A stretch of DNA of 64,000 nucleotides from Balanoglossus misakiensis (Eukaryota; Animalia; Hemichordata): the NCBI GenBank assembly GCA_040954595.2, contig CM082578.2:6619519-6683518 (forward strand), written 5' to 3'. Numbering within the stretch: the stretch's first letter is position 1; each line of letters begins with the position of its first letter. This document shows, one piece after another, positions 26,455 through 40,500 of this stretch. The position numbers were made by a program, and so were the translations under genes. The notes below the pieces were generated by a model. That model saw only the letters and a list, made by a program, of their open reading frames with translations. It ran no database searches and was not told the DNA's origin.

Positions 26455-29400
26455 CTACATGATGATCTGTGGGTCTGCTACAGAATTGCCGATCGATTTG
26501 TGGGGCAAGATGCGGCCACCGTTGACGTAGAGCTCATCTTTGACGATCACATCCTCTCCCAGCACAGACACATTCTCCATTCTGACCTGAAAAACAAATT
26601 TTGGAGAGAGAATATTGGTGAGAAACACAAGACACCGTTTTTTTTCATTCCCCCCACTCTCCTGTGATACCATGTCTAGATGTTGATTTGCATATACATG
26701 TAGTCGATGCATGTGTTTTAACACAACACGGCAAAATAATGCAAATTTTCTCTAGCCAGACATAACTCTAATCTTTTTTGAGTACAATGTACTGCATAAC
26801 AAAATTCCAACTAACAGGAAAACCTATTTCGGTTGCTGTCATCTAGCCAACCCCACACAAATCTGCCAAAATCAGTTGCAACCTTCAAAATTTTATCTAA
26901 AGTTTAACTGGGCATTAGTGGATTAAAATGTAGGAGACCCCAAAATTACAGTCAACCTTCACAGTAACTCCTGTTTCTATTAGAAAATACTCCAAAGACA
27001 ACATAAAAGCTAAGATTGATCTCTTCTATAACTTACCCACTGTCCTATGACACACCTCCACCCGATGATGGCCGACTCTATCCACGCGTGTGACTTGCAC
27101 GTGGTGCCTCTCAAAACCGTGCTGCGCTTGATACAGACACCGTCTTCTATCACAGCATCTGGGCCAATGGTGACATTGGGTCCTATTCTACAGTTCTTTC
27201 CGATCTTGGCACTTGGATCCTGGTTTGCACAATGAAAGAAATAGGTGTGCATGCAGTTAGCAGGGTGCACACACACAAATGGCTATGCATGAAGTAGCAA
27301 CATTTTCAGGTGAGGGGATATATGCCACAGGAGTTTTGAGAAAGATTTTGATTAAGTAAGGAAACATTGAAAGTACCCCATGCTGTTATTAGAAAATCAT
27401 AATTGGGCCAAGTCCAAGCAAAGCATCTGGTACTTCAACAAGCTCTTTAACTGACATGCACTGATACAATGATTCCCAAGTTTCTTCTTTGCAATTCATT
27501 TGGTAGAACCCTTTCACCACCATGGTTCAGTCCAAACCCATTGTTTTGTATGGTAGGGTTGGACGTCTAAAGAGGGAACTGGGGTGAAAGGGTTAATGCT
27601 ATCAATCCCCATAGTTTTTTATTTTGTTGTTTGGGGCTTTGTGTGGTGAATCAATGTACCATACACCTCACACTCGAAAACTACAAGCTCTGAGACTCCA
27701 TGCTTGACACCTACCACAAGAACATTTCCCACAATGCCGGGACCTGTTGCTAGCTTTTCTGGGGCAGTCTCTCGGAGGTGTTTGAGGTAAAAGCACATTC
27801 CGGTCAGGAAGTCTTTGGGCTGTCCAACATCCATCCAGAAACCTAATATGCAGAGATAATCACACATTATAGAACATTTTAATAACTATATTAACTTATC
27901 AACAGCTATATGAAGTAAAGCTGAGAAAATTTCATTTTTTGTTTTACTCATTTTGAAAATCTACCAGACCCCAAGGTCTGGGACAATCGGTGATCACATT
28001 TTGAAACTGAATAAGTGTACCGTATTTTACTTTGAAAAGATGTAAAAGAACTTGATAAATTATTTTCTGAAACAAAAGAGGAAAATTTGACCTTCAATAT
28101 TGAAACGGTCAAACTACTGGGTATTACTATGTGGTGTTGGTTGAAAGCAAACACCTTCATGAAATTGAGATCAGCAAATTGTTCACAAAGTACGGTACAT
28201 CTGAAAAGAAAAAAACCTTTCTAAACACTATGGCAATGTTTTACCTTTCAGTTCAAATGCATATAGCTCATTACTGTTGGCCATGACTGGGAAGATCTCC
28301 TTCTCTATTGATGTTGGTCTTAGCTGTTGAGCAGAAAAAATAGTGCAACTGAATACCACACAATTATTTATATTATTCAAATTTTCCCTACCATTAATAT
28401 CAACCTATGAAGTTGACTGTTCTTTGTCCACTATTTAAGATAAAAAACATGACAGTTCTTTAAAAAAGACTCTTGCAGCCTGGCTGAATGTCACCTCACA
28501 CACTCACCTCTATTCTGTTTAAAATTGCAGGGCTGAATATGTACAGGCCAGCATTGATTTTATTGGAAACAAACTCTTGGGGTTTTTCTACAAATCTGTC
28601 AATCTTCCCAGTTTCATTGTAGATGACAACACCATACTTTGATGGTTCTTCTACTTTGGTAACCTGCAATAGGGGAAAAAGTGGCGTTGATGGTAATGTA
28701 GCTGCTATTGGGTAGCTGCCAATGGGGCACGCCCATATAAATATGTCAGCAACTCATTTCACAGTACTGAAAAATGTGACGGAAACACTTTCTGAAACTC
28801 CATCAAAATTTCCTTTATACGCTTTCACTAAACCCATTCAATTTTAAAACTTACCACTATCGTTCCTTCTTTGCCATGATTTTTATGGAATGCCAGCATT
28901 TCAGTGAATGGAAAATCACAGCTGATATCACTATTTAGGACAAAGAAAGGATCATTGCCATCTGCTAGGAGTTTCCTCGCCAAAGCTAGTGGTCCAGCTG
29001 TAGAAGGAAAAGCATTTTTATGTTTAATTTTAAAGCTCCACTGTCTTTATTTGTTGATGTGGGCATTTCTATTGATATAAATGATAAATAAATCTTTTGT
29101 CTGTGCAAGTAATGCTAATTGGAAAACAAAGGGTCAGCTGTGCATAGTTGTGCCCCCCTCAATATATTTAGTTATGTTGCCAAAAAGTAAACTTTCATGT
29201 GTATATATTATGATGCGGAGCAAAGTGGACCCATAGAGGGCGCTATTACACATGAATACGGACCAATCCAAAACAGATACCGTGGAACATACAAATGCAT
29301 GTGGTGATAAATGACAACTGACGGTTGATTTTGATAACGTGTTTTAGCAAATGTATTTGAGTGTTCATGATCCACGATTCCTTGGTAAAAATGAAATATC

Positions 29401-32400
29401 ATCATTATCAAGAGAATCTGTGATGATACCTCCATAGACACTTCGCTGCCCTCGTACAGTCATTGAGGGCATGCAATAAAAGACCCTGCAGCCAGCAACA
29501 GGCTGTGAAAGAGCTCAGCCTAATCCCAATTTATGTGCCAAAAAACACAACCAAATACCTGAAGATGCTTGAATAGTGTTTACAATGGGACAACGAACAG
29601 GCTGTATTGATAAGCCAAATATTATGTATACTATAGACAGCAGAATGAAATTAACAGATAGAAAGACACCGGATTACCGGTATTATACAGCTACTGCTGT
29701 AATCTACAGAGTGCCGTAATACAATAATCCGCGGTATCAGAATATATAATTATGTACATGAGAACGGTCACACACCATGGTCTGTGTGCAGCCTATAGTG
29801 ATGTAACACACCGGTTGGGATTCCAGACTATACCCCTTTAATATAAAATGGAGGAAGCATGAGCACTGCAGAATCAAATGTCAAATGTCAAGGGTCAAAG
29901 GTAGGCGGTCTCACAGATGTGATTCCATTTTGTAACTCCAACACAATTTTGTTAATAATTAACATATAATTTTATCCAGTTTTTAAAAAACAACAACACA
30001 TGACCTGTTTCCTAATGGTTCAACTATCTGCTTGATCAAATTTTCATGTTAATGACCAATCAATCTCAATAATTAATTCAAACAATTATTAAATCTGAAT
30101 TATACTCTCATTGACATTTGAATCATACAACACACCGACCTCTGACCTCAATTTACAAAAATATCATTTGAAAGTCTGTATAATAGTAATCACAGCTTGA
30201 AACATTTTATCTCAGACACTGGTGGCATGAATTTATTAGTAAATGTTAAATACACGTTTTTTACCGGAATTTTATTCCAATGTCTATGGCATACTCATTT
30301 TTGGGATTTTTGTATTTTTTATAATCAAATTAACAAAAATATTAAATTTATTACAATGAAACAAAAATTGCACTTCAGTATATATACATCACTCCATATG
30401 TGTCTGTGTGTAACAGCTGGCTCATGTCATAAATCAGCAATATATATCGCCATACTGAAATATTACTAATCTGATATAAAACCAGTCAAAATGGGTGAAA
30501 ATATACAGTGAATGGCGTGTATGGTTCAAAATATTCTTGACATGATAGCTCAGAGCATTTAGGACCAGCATTTACAGCAAAATGAGCAATATTTTCAGAA
30601 ATACGGTCCTTTTCATCTTACTTTTGCATGTGCAACACAAATTTGGTTGTGGAAATCGCATAGTGACATAAATTATTGTTCATTGCACTTTAGACAATTA
30701 AGACTTTGATTTCCGAGCTAATGAAAAAAAATGTGAGGTATTTTGTCAGCAAATGTCATTTTCATTTGAAAGTATCGGTATAACTACTGATGACAATTAA
30801 TTCATCCTGTAGTGTAAGGCCCTCCCTGATTGGCCAACTATATGAGCAAACTATCAGAATATTGACAGTGATGAGACTATTTCAGAAACAAGGTGACAGA
30901 CTGCCTTCATTTGCATCTATGTTATATGCAAACATTTAGAGAGCGAGAAAGTCCCTTTTGTTTATAATAAACAGATTTACTTGCACCAGATTTCCAATAA
31001 AATTGTCACAATCCGACACAAGACTAGGTTGACCAGCGTGTTCCCTCAACAATAAAGGCAACAATCTATTCATATCAGAGTAAAATCTCACTTTAGAATT
31101 CATCAATACAGTCTACTAATGCACAAACGGGATATTCTTACAAAAAAGTTGAAATTGGAAGCGATTTCTATGCAGCTTACTACGGGAGGATGCAATAATA
31201 TTTCCACAGCTGTTGTCATACGACCCAGAGATTTCAATACACACAATACCAGTTTGTCACTGACAGCTGCTACGGATTATAGACTCTCGTCTAATTATCG
31301 AGTTAATTCTCTTGTCTTCAGTTTGCGTGATAAAGTGATAGTCTGCCTACTCAAATCATAGCACTACATTACATGTCACAACTCTAACTACAAGGAAATT
31401 TAAGTTTCGATGACATTTCAATGGTAGGGAAGTCAATGTCTGTTGTGGAGGCCATTTCTCCACTGGCCAGTACCACAATGAATGGGATGGGATGAGGCAA
31501 ATTGATTTGGAAAACTAGCCTATAGAGAGAGACACACTTACAAACAACAATGTACCACTAGGAATAAGTGAATAGTAACAACTCACCAGTTCCTAAGGGT
31601 TCTTCCTCATGTGACATTGTGATTTTGATGTTCAGCTGGAAAGAGACAAATGAAATCAGGTGAACAGACTAAAGGAAAATGTTTTTCGAGTTACTGTTTC
31701 AGGAATAAATATTACATGTTTTGTCCTGTTTTTCTGTTCACTTTCAAATGATTCTTATCCTCAATTTCTCATTGGGGAAGAAAACTTTTAAAGGCCCATG
31801 TTTGCTGACACGGGCATTTCTATATAAACATCAGACCTTTCGTCTCTGCACGGAACTATTTATTGGGAAACAAAGGGTCAGCCATACACAACATATATGC
31901 CCCTTTACATCTCTTTCTCACTCAGTGTGATTTGTGGATTGTAAAATTTCCTTCCACGCCAATCCAGGTGAAACACTGACCTTCTCCTCGTGGACTCTGA
32001 GTTCTTTTTCCAACATGTCTGACAGATAACTAACGGCAAGAATAACATGGTTGACTCCAGCCTGAAATGAAAAAAATGGAAAATCAAAGACATCACTGGG
32101 ACGTATTAATTAATTAAACACTGGTGGGTCCACTGAGTCCAAGATAGCTAAAGATCATAGAGAATTTGGCTTGGTCAATGAATAGAAAGAATCGGCAACT
32201 AGAAACTGAAATATTAATGTATACTGCACAGGCGGACAGACAGTTACCACCAATCCATATTATAACTCCCCAAGACTATGTCCACAGGAACTAAGAAGTA
32301 TCCCAGTTAAAGGGGCATAGTTATATTAACGAGACGGGTTGAATTCGGAGAGTTCTAAATCTCTCTTGGTAGATGCACGTTTCAATAAATTTCTGTATGG

Positions 32401-32604
32401 CTCTGGGAAAACATCATGGAAACATTGAGAGAACTGTAATACAATGTAATATGCATATGTGAACAGCTAACATACCATCGAAAGTGCTTCAATTTGATGC
32501 AGTATCATTGGCTTGTTACCAAACTCAACCAGAGGTTTGGGCCGACTGAGGGTCAAAGGTCGTAACCTTGTCCCATATCCGCCTACCAGAATAAGAGCCT
32601 TCAT
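26455..32604 (-). CDS. GMPPB: Mannose-1-phosphate guanylyltransferase beta, 9 coding exons, ~359 aa
   Basis: Exons (minus): 32604-32476, 32061-31981, 31635-31587, 28997-28855, 28663-28508, 28323-28245, 27842-27715, 27219-27037, 26586-26455 (1080 nt). Motifs: [62 protein letters not shown] and C-terminal [25 protein letters not shown]...PQIIM. Confidence 0.97.
27508..27596. mobile_element. ~85-bp piggyBac-like (CCCTTT...AAAGGG, TTAA) mini-MITE; family copies at ~15000-15100, 21065-21180, 25975-26050, 33295-33383, 37197-37288 and 54008-54090
   Basis: Shared core CCATGGTTCAGTCCAAACCCATTGTTTT...GGGAACTGGGGTGAAAGGG|TTAA. The copy at 54008-54090 has TTAA on both sides. Confidence 0.75.
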
Positions 32605-33386
32605 TCTGAGATGCCAATCTTAATGATGTATCTGTAGAATATAAAAAAATATTGTTACATTCTTGTTCAAATTAAAGATAAGATGAGTAAATGCTTTTGA
32701 AGATGACAAGAAAATCTCAGATGAGCTAATTATCTCCAGAACTTCAATGTTTTTTAACCCACAATGAAAAATATTGCTTAAAGTTTTGTTCTCATTTTCA
32801 TAACATACAACCTTGTGGCCCAGGTCAGTAATCTCCTCGGATGTTTCTTATCAAGATAAGAAATCCGAAAGGAAGTACCCTGATTAAAAATCATGGAGTG
32901 CAGGAATATTTTCACTTGAAGAAGGTGGGAAAAGACCGCAATTTTTACAGTTGCCGACAGCAAATTATTTTACAAAAACTTTTATATAGGATATAAAAAA
33001 GAGCTGAAAAAGAAGGGATATAAATCCTAACATTGGTAGATTCATGTTATCATCCACTGAATTTTCTAAATTTCAATTTTCTTAAACCTTAAAATATCAT
33101 GTTGTACACACTCTAATTTAGGACTAAGACTATTATTAATACTTGCTGATGTTGGACACAGACAAGTTATCTTCAGAGCCCCAAAATTACCAAGCTGTAC
33201 AATATGCTGGTCATATCACACATACACACAAGTGCCAGGCATAGATAAATCATGAGCTATACAGCAGACACTATAACGCAGCTCAGTTATATACACTTTC
33301 ATGTTGGTTTCCTTCTGTAGAGGTCCAACTTCACCACAGAAAACAAATAGATTTGGACCAAACCGTGGTGTTGTGAGGGTTAATTA

Positions 33387-34240
33387 AAGCCCCCACAGAT
33401 ACTGTCTTCAATTATTTTGTGATAATTCCAAGTAATTACATGGCAATTTAAATCTAGTTCATTCAAGTGGAGATGTGAAGTGCTAGAAATTTGGTGGCAC
33501 ATAGTAAGTTTCTCCAAAACATGTGGAAGGTATTTAACTTTTTGATAAAATTATTGTACATGCAAGGCACAGACAAATAAATGCATACCTCGAAAGTGAT
33601 TGAGTTGTCAAGTATAGTCTAGAATCCAGACGTGCGTTTTTTTCTGGATTCTAGACTAAGTACTCAATAAGGAGTAAATGTAACATGCAGATATGGGCCC
33701 TTTTGACAATGTACATTTCACTGCATGCCAACACACGCTGTGGGAACCAAGTGAATACATGTAAAAAGTGACAAAAGTTCTGACAGGAAGCAAGGTTCTT
33801 AGACAATACCTTAAACATGCCATGATGTGATAACTATGATTGCTATACCATAGTAAGTATTTGTTGACTGTACAGACAGTAGTATATACCGGTACATGTT
33901 GGATAATGAAACTAGCAAATATTTGTTTTGCAGGTCAATCTGATATCTCAGTGAGATCAGAAATCAGATCAATTATAAAAGTGGTTTTCTTTTTTTAATG
34001 AAAAATGCTACAGGCATTAAAAAACTGCTCTTCACATACATTCCTATACACCAACTTGAGATGCATGTGAATTGAGGCGCTGCAACAGATTAACTTACAG
34101 ATCATGACGGATTACAAAATGCCTGCCATAACAATTTTAACAAACAGAGAAAATGAAGTAGCAATATGACAAATCACGGTCACTCCACACACCAATCTTA
34201 AACTTACACCAAGTTTTAAAGATATGTTCAAATCTGCTTT
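33387..34240 (+). repeat. ~850-bp direct repeat, copy 1 (distal GMPPB intron 1 plus donor)
   Basis: Colinear, highly similar match to 43592-44440 (e.g. CAATTATTTTGTGATAATTCC ... AACTTACACCAAGTTTTAAAGATA.GTTCAAATCTGCTT). Confidence 0.93.
33615..33658. mobile_element. 44-bp minimal MITE (TAGTCTAGAATCCAGA...TCTGGATTCTAGACTA); duplicate at 43816-43858
   Basis: Same termini as the 36216-36600 element. The copy at 43816 is flanked by AGTACTCTA/AGTACTCAA (9-bp TSD, one mismatch). Confidence 0.75.
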
Positions 34241-34528
34241 AAACTGGTTTGAACTTCGACATGAAATGATGAATGACGTCGTCTGCTGCAACACGGAAGT
34301 GAAACGCGTAAATCTATTTCCATTTTCGTTCTGTCAGTTTCCAGGTATATCACAAAAAGTTTGGTGACCCTTGGTCGGAGTGGCACTTCTGACCTCGGGT
34401 GTATAGTCTGGTTTTTTTAATTCCATTGTTCATAGAGCCTGTATTTTTTGTCCAAGACAACCTGACGTGTTTGCTTGCCTGCAGTTCCAATATTCGCAAT
34501 CTGACTTTATATTTTGGGCACTGAGGTC
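34208..34528. promoter_or_regulatory. Bidirectional promoter of GMPPB (-) and the ARH gene (+), including a probable non-coding first exon of GMPPB ending at 34208
   Basis: Minus-strand donor TGGT|GTAAGT at 34207; acceptor TTCTACAG| before 32631; CRE-like TGACGTC at ~34274; ETS CGGAAGT at ~34294; local CpG enrichment. Confidence 0.6.
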
Positions 34529-37500
34529 ATGGCGGCTGCTTCATTGAAGCCCTTGGCTAGTGAGGAATTGCCCATGGATCGTATATTGGGTACGATTTTC
34601 GGAAACTGTGTGGGCAATGCTATAGGTCTACTCACAGAATTTATGAACAAGGAAGAAGCAGAGGGCGTAAGTGAAACCAATGGCGATACTGAAAATGTCA
34701 ATTTCTTGTAGGAAACTGTGTACCGGGGGTATATGTATAATTCCCCTGGTAACCCGGGACTCGTCCCTGCATTCGCTTAATGTTAACACCAATCGCCCAA
34801 CAGGAGACCTGCGACATTTGCTCAGGCCATTTTAAAGTTCCTGTAAATTATTGATGTACCCATATGGGGTGCCAGTGGACCGGAGTCGCATTGTGGAGGA
34901 TATATATTTATATGGCTATAGAAATATTTTTCAAATATATGTTACACTGCACTTCGACTTGATTAAAGTTTTGAAGCATCCATCAAGTCGAGGTTGAAAA
35001 AAAATTTCTCCCTCAACAGTGCCTGAATTGGTCCATCCCTTATAGAGTTTACACTTTGTCTTTTAGCTGCAGCTTAGGAGATACCCGGTAATCATTTGAT
35101 TTTTTGAGTGTTCAAAGATACAAGGTTACTTCCATCGCCATGTTTATGTCTTGGCCAATAATTAAATTATGAAAGTAAAGTCGAGATATCTCACCTGAAG
35201 TTTTGATTTTATTTGTATATCTTGGAAATCTAATTTCTGAGATGTATGACTAGAACCATGTTGTGGAAAACATATTTCAATGAGGTACACACAAGCTCCA
35301 GGAGAAATAACTGTTGTATCCTGTTACATTTTATTTATAGTGGTTTGGTGATTATGAAGAGTTAGAGTTTGTCCACAAAGATGATCTTGATATTCCGGGT
35401 GTGATGCGGCATCAAAGTCGTTGGAAAACAGGTGACTGGACCGGTGATAGCGATCAAATGATATTAATATTGCAATCAATTCTTGATAAAAAGGGAAAGG
35501 TGAGTTGATCTCGCTCTCCTCCATACTTATCATTTTTCTTCCATTTGCAATTTCCTACTGCCATCCAAGCCAGCATACATATGTGCTGGCATTGAATGCA
35601 GTGTGGTTGTATAGGGAAAATGGTTTTGTTATTCTAGGTATAAGCGTATCATGCTTGCTGTCAGTTAAGAATTATACCACAAGAATCTGTGTGTCATCAT
35701 TAGCATTTTGGGGTCTAAGTGGTTTCACATGCGGCTACAAAAGACTTTTTATGTCTGACTTGAAATCAAGGGTGTAGACAAAGAATTCATAGTTCCATAA
35801 CATATGTTGAACTTCTTTGTTATGGCCAGGAAGTACATTTACACATGAAATTATCTTTGAAAACTTTTAATTTCTATTCAATCAGTTTGATACTGTCTAA
35901 TACAATGCAGGTTGTTGCAGTGGATTTTGCCAAGAAGATGCATGAGTGGGCAATGCGTGGGTTTCCTGAACTAGGAGACCAAGGGGGCCTTGGTATCAGC
36001 ATGACAACATATCGAGTACTCACTGATGGAAGGTTTCACAGCCACCCACATTTGGTGAGTGTGAATTGGCTCCCAATGATAATTATAATCTGGGAATGCT
36101 GTGAGTTGCAATGGCATGAGATGCAGCCCAGTGTGCACAGATGACTGAAAGAACAACAATATGGACCATATGAGAAGAAATTTACTGCCATTACAGATGG
36201 TAGCTGTGTGTGATGTAGTCTAGAATCTATCCGTTCGTAGTCGCCCTACTACCGTCTAGGAACGCGTAACCAAAATCTAGTAAGGCCATAAAAATGGTTA
36301 TTTGAATGTGAATAGTCTCCAACTGAGCAGTCTGACGTCAGAGAAGTCAATCACTTACGTTGACCGACTACTGATTGGCCGTTGATGTTAATGAGGTGAT
36401 GACGTTGAATGTTAATTATGTTTACAATGTAGCTCCGCCCCGAATGATACATAATCATGATCACGTGGTGACGCTTGATGTCAGATTGCTCAGTTGGAGA
36501 CTATTCACATTCAAATTACCATTTTTATGGCCTTACTAGATTTTGGTTACGCGTTCCTAGACGGTAGTAAGGCGACTACGAACGGATAGATTCTAGACTA
36601 TGTGTGATGCACCACTTTCATGTCTTCTTTTATGAATGAAAAGGCTAATTTTTCCACTTTCACTTTATGTGATACAATTCGTAATACATAATTATAACGA
36701 TTGATGATTATTCAAACAATATAGTTTTCTTATTTTGTTTCGATCAAAACTGAAAAAAAACCAACTGATTGTGCTCTTTGCTGTTGCAGGCCGCAAAACA
36801 GGTTTGGGAAGACAGCGGTAAATTCCTAGCACCAAATGGCGCTGTCATGAGAACCTCAATCCTGGGAATTCACCGGTACAAGGATCTGGACAGAGTCATT
36901 GCAAATACTCTTGAAATTTGCAGGACAACTCATGCTGACCCAAGGTAATTGTCACCATTTTGAACCTGCACAATAAAGCACACAGGGAGTTATGCACAAA
37001 CACTTCTACACTTGCTGTTTTTTGGGGTGATCAAAAATAATTAAATTTATATTAGAAAAAATAGTAATTATCAGCAAACACAGCGGCTTTTTAGGCCCTA
37101 TAATTATCTCCTGATCCTTGTGTGCAACCAGATTTTTATTGAATAGGCTGCATGTCAAAGATACATTGTACATCATGCATTTTTGGTGGAAACACTTAAC
37201 CTTTTAACCCCCAGTTCCCTCTTCAGAGGTCCAACCTTACCATAGAAACAATGGGTTTGGCCTGAACCATGGTGGTGAAAGATTTAACATACAGTATATG
37301 TTATGCAGCTCTCAGACAAAGAATAATCTATAACTTGGCTTATTTCAGATGTGCAGCCTCATGTGTTGCTGTGACGACAGCAATTGCTATGATGTTGGAA
37401 AGTAACGACCGAATAAATATAGATGACATTGTGAAAAAAAGTTACGCTCACGCCAAGAAACAGCTTAAAGGGAAAGACGAGGTATGAGTTTTATTCCAGT

Positions 37501-40500
37501 GATGAGTGATGACTGAATCAAAGCATTTCTGTCAATTACAGTATACTTGTACATGTAGTTTTGTTGTCATGGCCAAAAAAACCTTTCTGGGGCCAGCAGT
37601 ATTTTGTAGAAAGTTAAAAATAAGAAAAATTAAAGCTGCAAGCAGCCTTGTCCGGGCCCAAGCTCTATTATCTGATCTGATTATTAGATATGCACATAAT
37701 TAATGAGTAGAAACATAATGCTGTGTTTTATCCCATGAAATATCAAGGTTATATCTATGTTTGGTGTTGATATAGTGTTAAGCAGGTCAAACGTCACCCA
37801 GAGGTCACCCACAATTTCGGCAGAAAATTTTGACCCATAGTGGTCCATGTCCAACAAAAAACAAAACTCTAGCTCTATTGGTTTGCGTGTAATTAGGTAT
37901 GTGCATATTTAATGAGGTCAGCAGGTGTCACTGGTGACCCAAAAATTTGGCTTTTCATTATGGCCCCATACCTCAAAACGCCAAGGCTGTATCTGCTTTG
38001 GATACCGAGAAATGCGAAAGTAGGTCAAAGGTCACCTGAGGTCACCCAAAATTTGGGCAAATTATTTTGACCCCATACTGATCAATGTCCAAAAAAGACC
38101 AAACCTCTAGGTCTATTGGTTCATCTGTAATTAGGTATGCGCATATTTAATGAGGTCAGCAGAGGTCAAAGGGGTCATGAAAAGTAGCAAAATTTTTTGA
38201 TCACATACAAATCCACATACATCAAAAACCAAACTTATAGCCCTATTGGTTAGCCTGGAATTAAATATGCAGAAAATTGATGCGTCAAAAGTAGGTCAAA
38301 GGTCATTGCCAAAATTACCAAAATATTTATAGCTTATTCTTGTTATATGATGATTCATATCCATTAAAAGAATTTCTGTGCTATCAATTTTTAGGCTAGA
38401 AAGGGAATTTTTACTTTTTAATCGTTTTTCACAAAATCCAATATGGCCGCCATAATCTTCGACCAATCACATTCCTCTTCGCAAACTTGATAGACATCTG
38501 TTGAATGACCACACACACAAAATCTTGTGATTCGGTTATCGACGGTTCTCGAGAAGAAGATTTTTGAAATTTTACTAGTGTTTTTCGAAAATCCAATATG
38601 GCCGCCATAATCTTCGACCAATCACAATGATCTTCGCAAACTTGATAGACATCAGTTAGGTGACCACATACCCCAAACCCCGTGTCTCGGTTATCACCGG
38701 TTCTGGAGAAGAAGATTTTTGAAATTTAAGCCAGATTTCAGAAAAAAAATTGTAGCAAAAAAACTGCAACATTGACAGCATAATTTCCAATTACAAAAAT
38801 GTTTGACAGAAGGTGGTCTACCTGCACGCCAAATTTGAAGTCAATCTGACTTGTAGTTTCTGAGATCTGAGATTTGCATTTTTTCAGAAAATCCAAGATG
38901 GCCGCCAGGTCATGTGACTAATTAAAAATTCATGGGTTCAATGCACGACTACTCATTGACCTTGACCACTGTAGCAAGTTTGAGAACTTTACCTGCAGTG
39001 GTGTCTGACATCTAGAGCGACAAAGAAATGACACAAGAATAAAGAAAGAAAGAAAGAAAGATTAAAGCTGCAAGCAGCATTGTCCGGGCCCAAGCTCTAT
39101 TATCTGATCTGATTATTAGATATGCACATAATTAATGAGTAGAAACATAATGCTGTGTTTTATCCCATGAAATATCAAGGTTATATCTATGTTTGGTGTT
39201 GATATAGTGTTAAGCAGGTCAAAGGTCACCCAGAGGTCACCCAAAATTTGGGTAGAAAATTTTGACCCATAGTGGTCCATGTATAACAAAAACCAAACCC
39301 CTAGCTCTATTGGTTCGCCTGTAATTAGCTATGCACATAATTAATGAGGTCAGCAGAGGTCAAAGGGGTCATGAAAAGTAGCAAAATATTTTGATCACAC
39401 ACTAATCCACATTCATCAAAAACCAAGCGTCTAGCCCTATAGGTTAGCCTGGAATTAGATATGCAGAAATAATAACGCGTGATAAGTAGGTCAAAGGTCA
39501 TGTGAAAAATCGCCAAAAAATTGTAACATATTTTAGTCACATGACGATTCATATCCATAAAAAGAATTTGTATGCTATCAATTTTTGGACTAGAAAAAGG
39601 AATTTCAATTTTTCACTGCTTTTTACAAAATCCAATATGGCCGCCATAATCTTCGACCAATCACAATGCTCTTTGCAAACTTGATAGACATCAGTGTAGT
39701 GACCATACTCCCCGAATCTTGCGACTCAGTCATCGCCCGTTCTGGATAAGAAGATTTTTGGAGTTTAACTATGGTTTTTCAAAAATCCAATATGGCCGCC
39801 ATAATCTTCGACCAATCACAATGATCTTCGCAAACTTGATAGACATCAGTTAGGTGACCACATACCTTAAACCGCGTGTCTCGGTTATCACCGGTTCTGG
39901 AGAAGAGGATTTTTGAAATTTAAGCCAGATTTCAGAAAAAAAATTGTAGCAAAAAAACTGCAACATTGACAGCAAAATTTCCAATTACAAAAATGATGGG
40001 TAGAAGGTAGTCTACCTGCATGCCAAATTTGAAGTCGATCTGACTTGTAGTTTCTGAGATCTGAGATTTGATGATTTTCAGAAAATCCAATATGGCCGCC
40101 AGGTCACGTGACTAATTAAGTATTCACAAATCACTGCACATCTACTCATTGACCTTGACCACTGTAGCAAGTTTGAGCAGTGTACCTGCAGTAGTTTCTG
40201 AGATTTAGTTGGCCGAAGAATTGACAGGAGAATAAAGAAAGAAAGAAAGAAAGAAAGAAAGAAAAATTCCAACGAAACCAATAGGGCCCAAGCGCTTGCT
40301 TGCGCTTGGGCCCTAAAAAACCCCAACGAAACCAATAGGGCCCAAGCGCTGGTATGCGCTTGGGCCCTAATGATTATGTCAGATGAAAATATGTTAAGTG
40401 TTTACACTATTCTGAAGTGACCAAGTTTTTAATACTTAATATTAAGATCATTTGAGAAATTGTTTTGCAAAAAATCTGTAGCACTGATTTGGGACATTTC

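Noticed and set aside
29231-29245. CTCF-like motif CCATAGAGGGCGCTA in GMPPB intron 3
   Set aside because: A single short motif in repeat-like intronic sequence with no independent support.
29200-31520. Possible large transposon in GMPPB intron 3 (GGGATTCCAGACTA end-like motif at ~29830)
   Set aside because: I could not find a matching opposite terminus or TSD.
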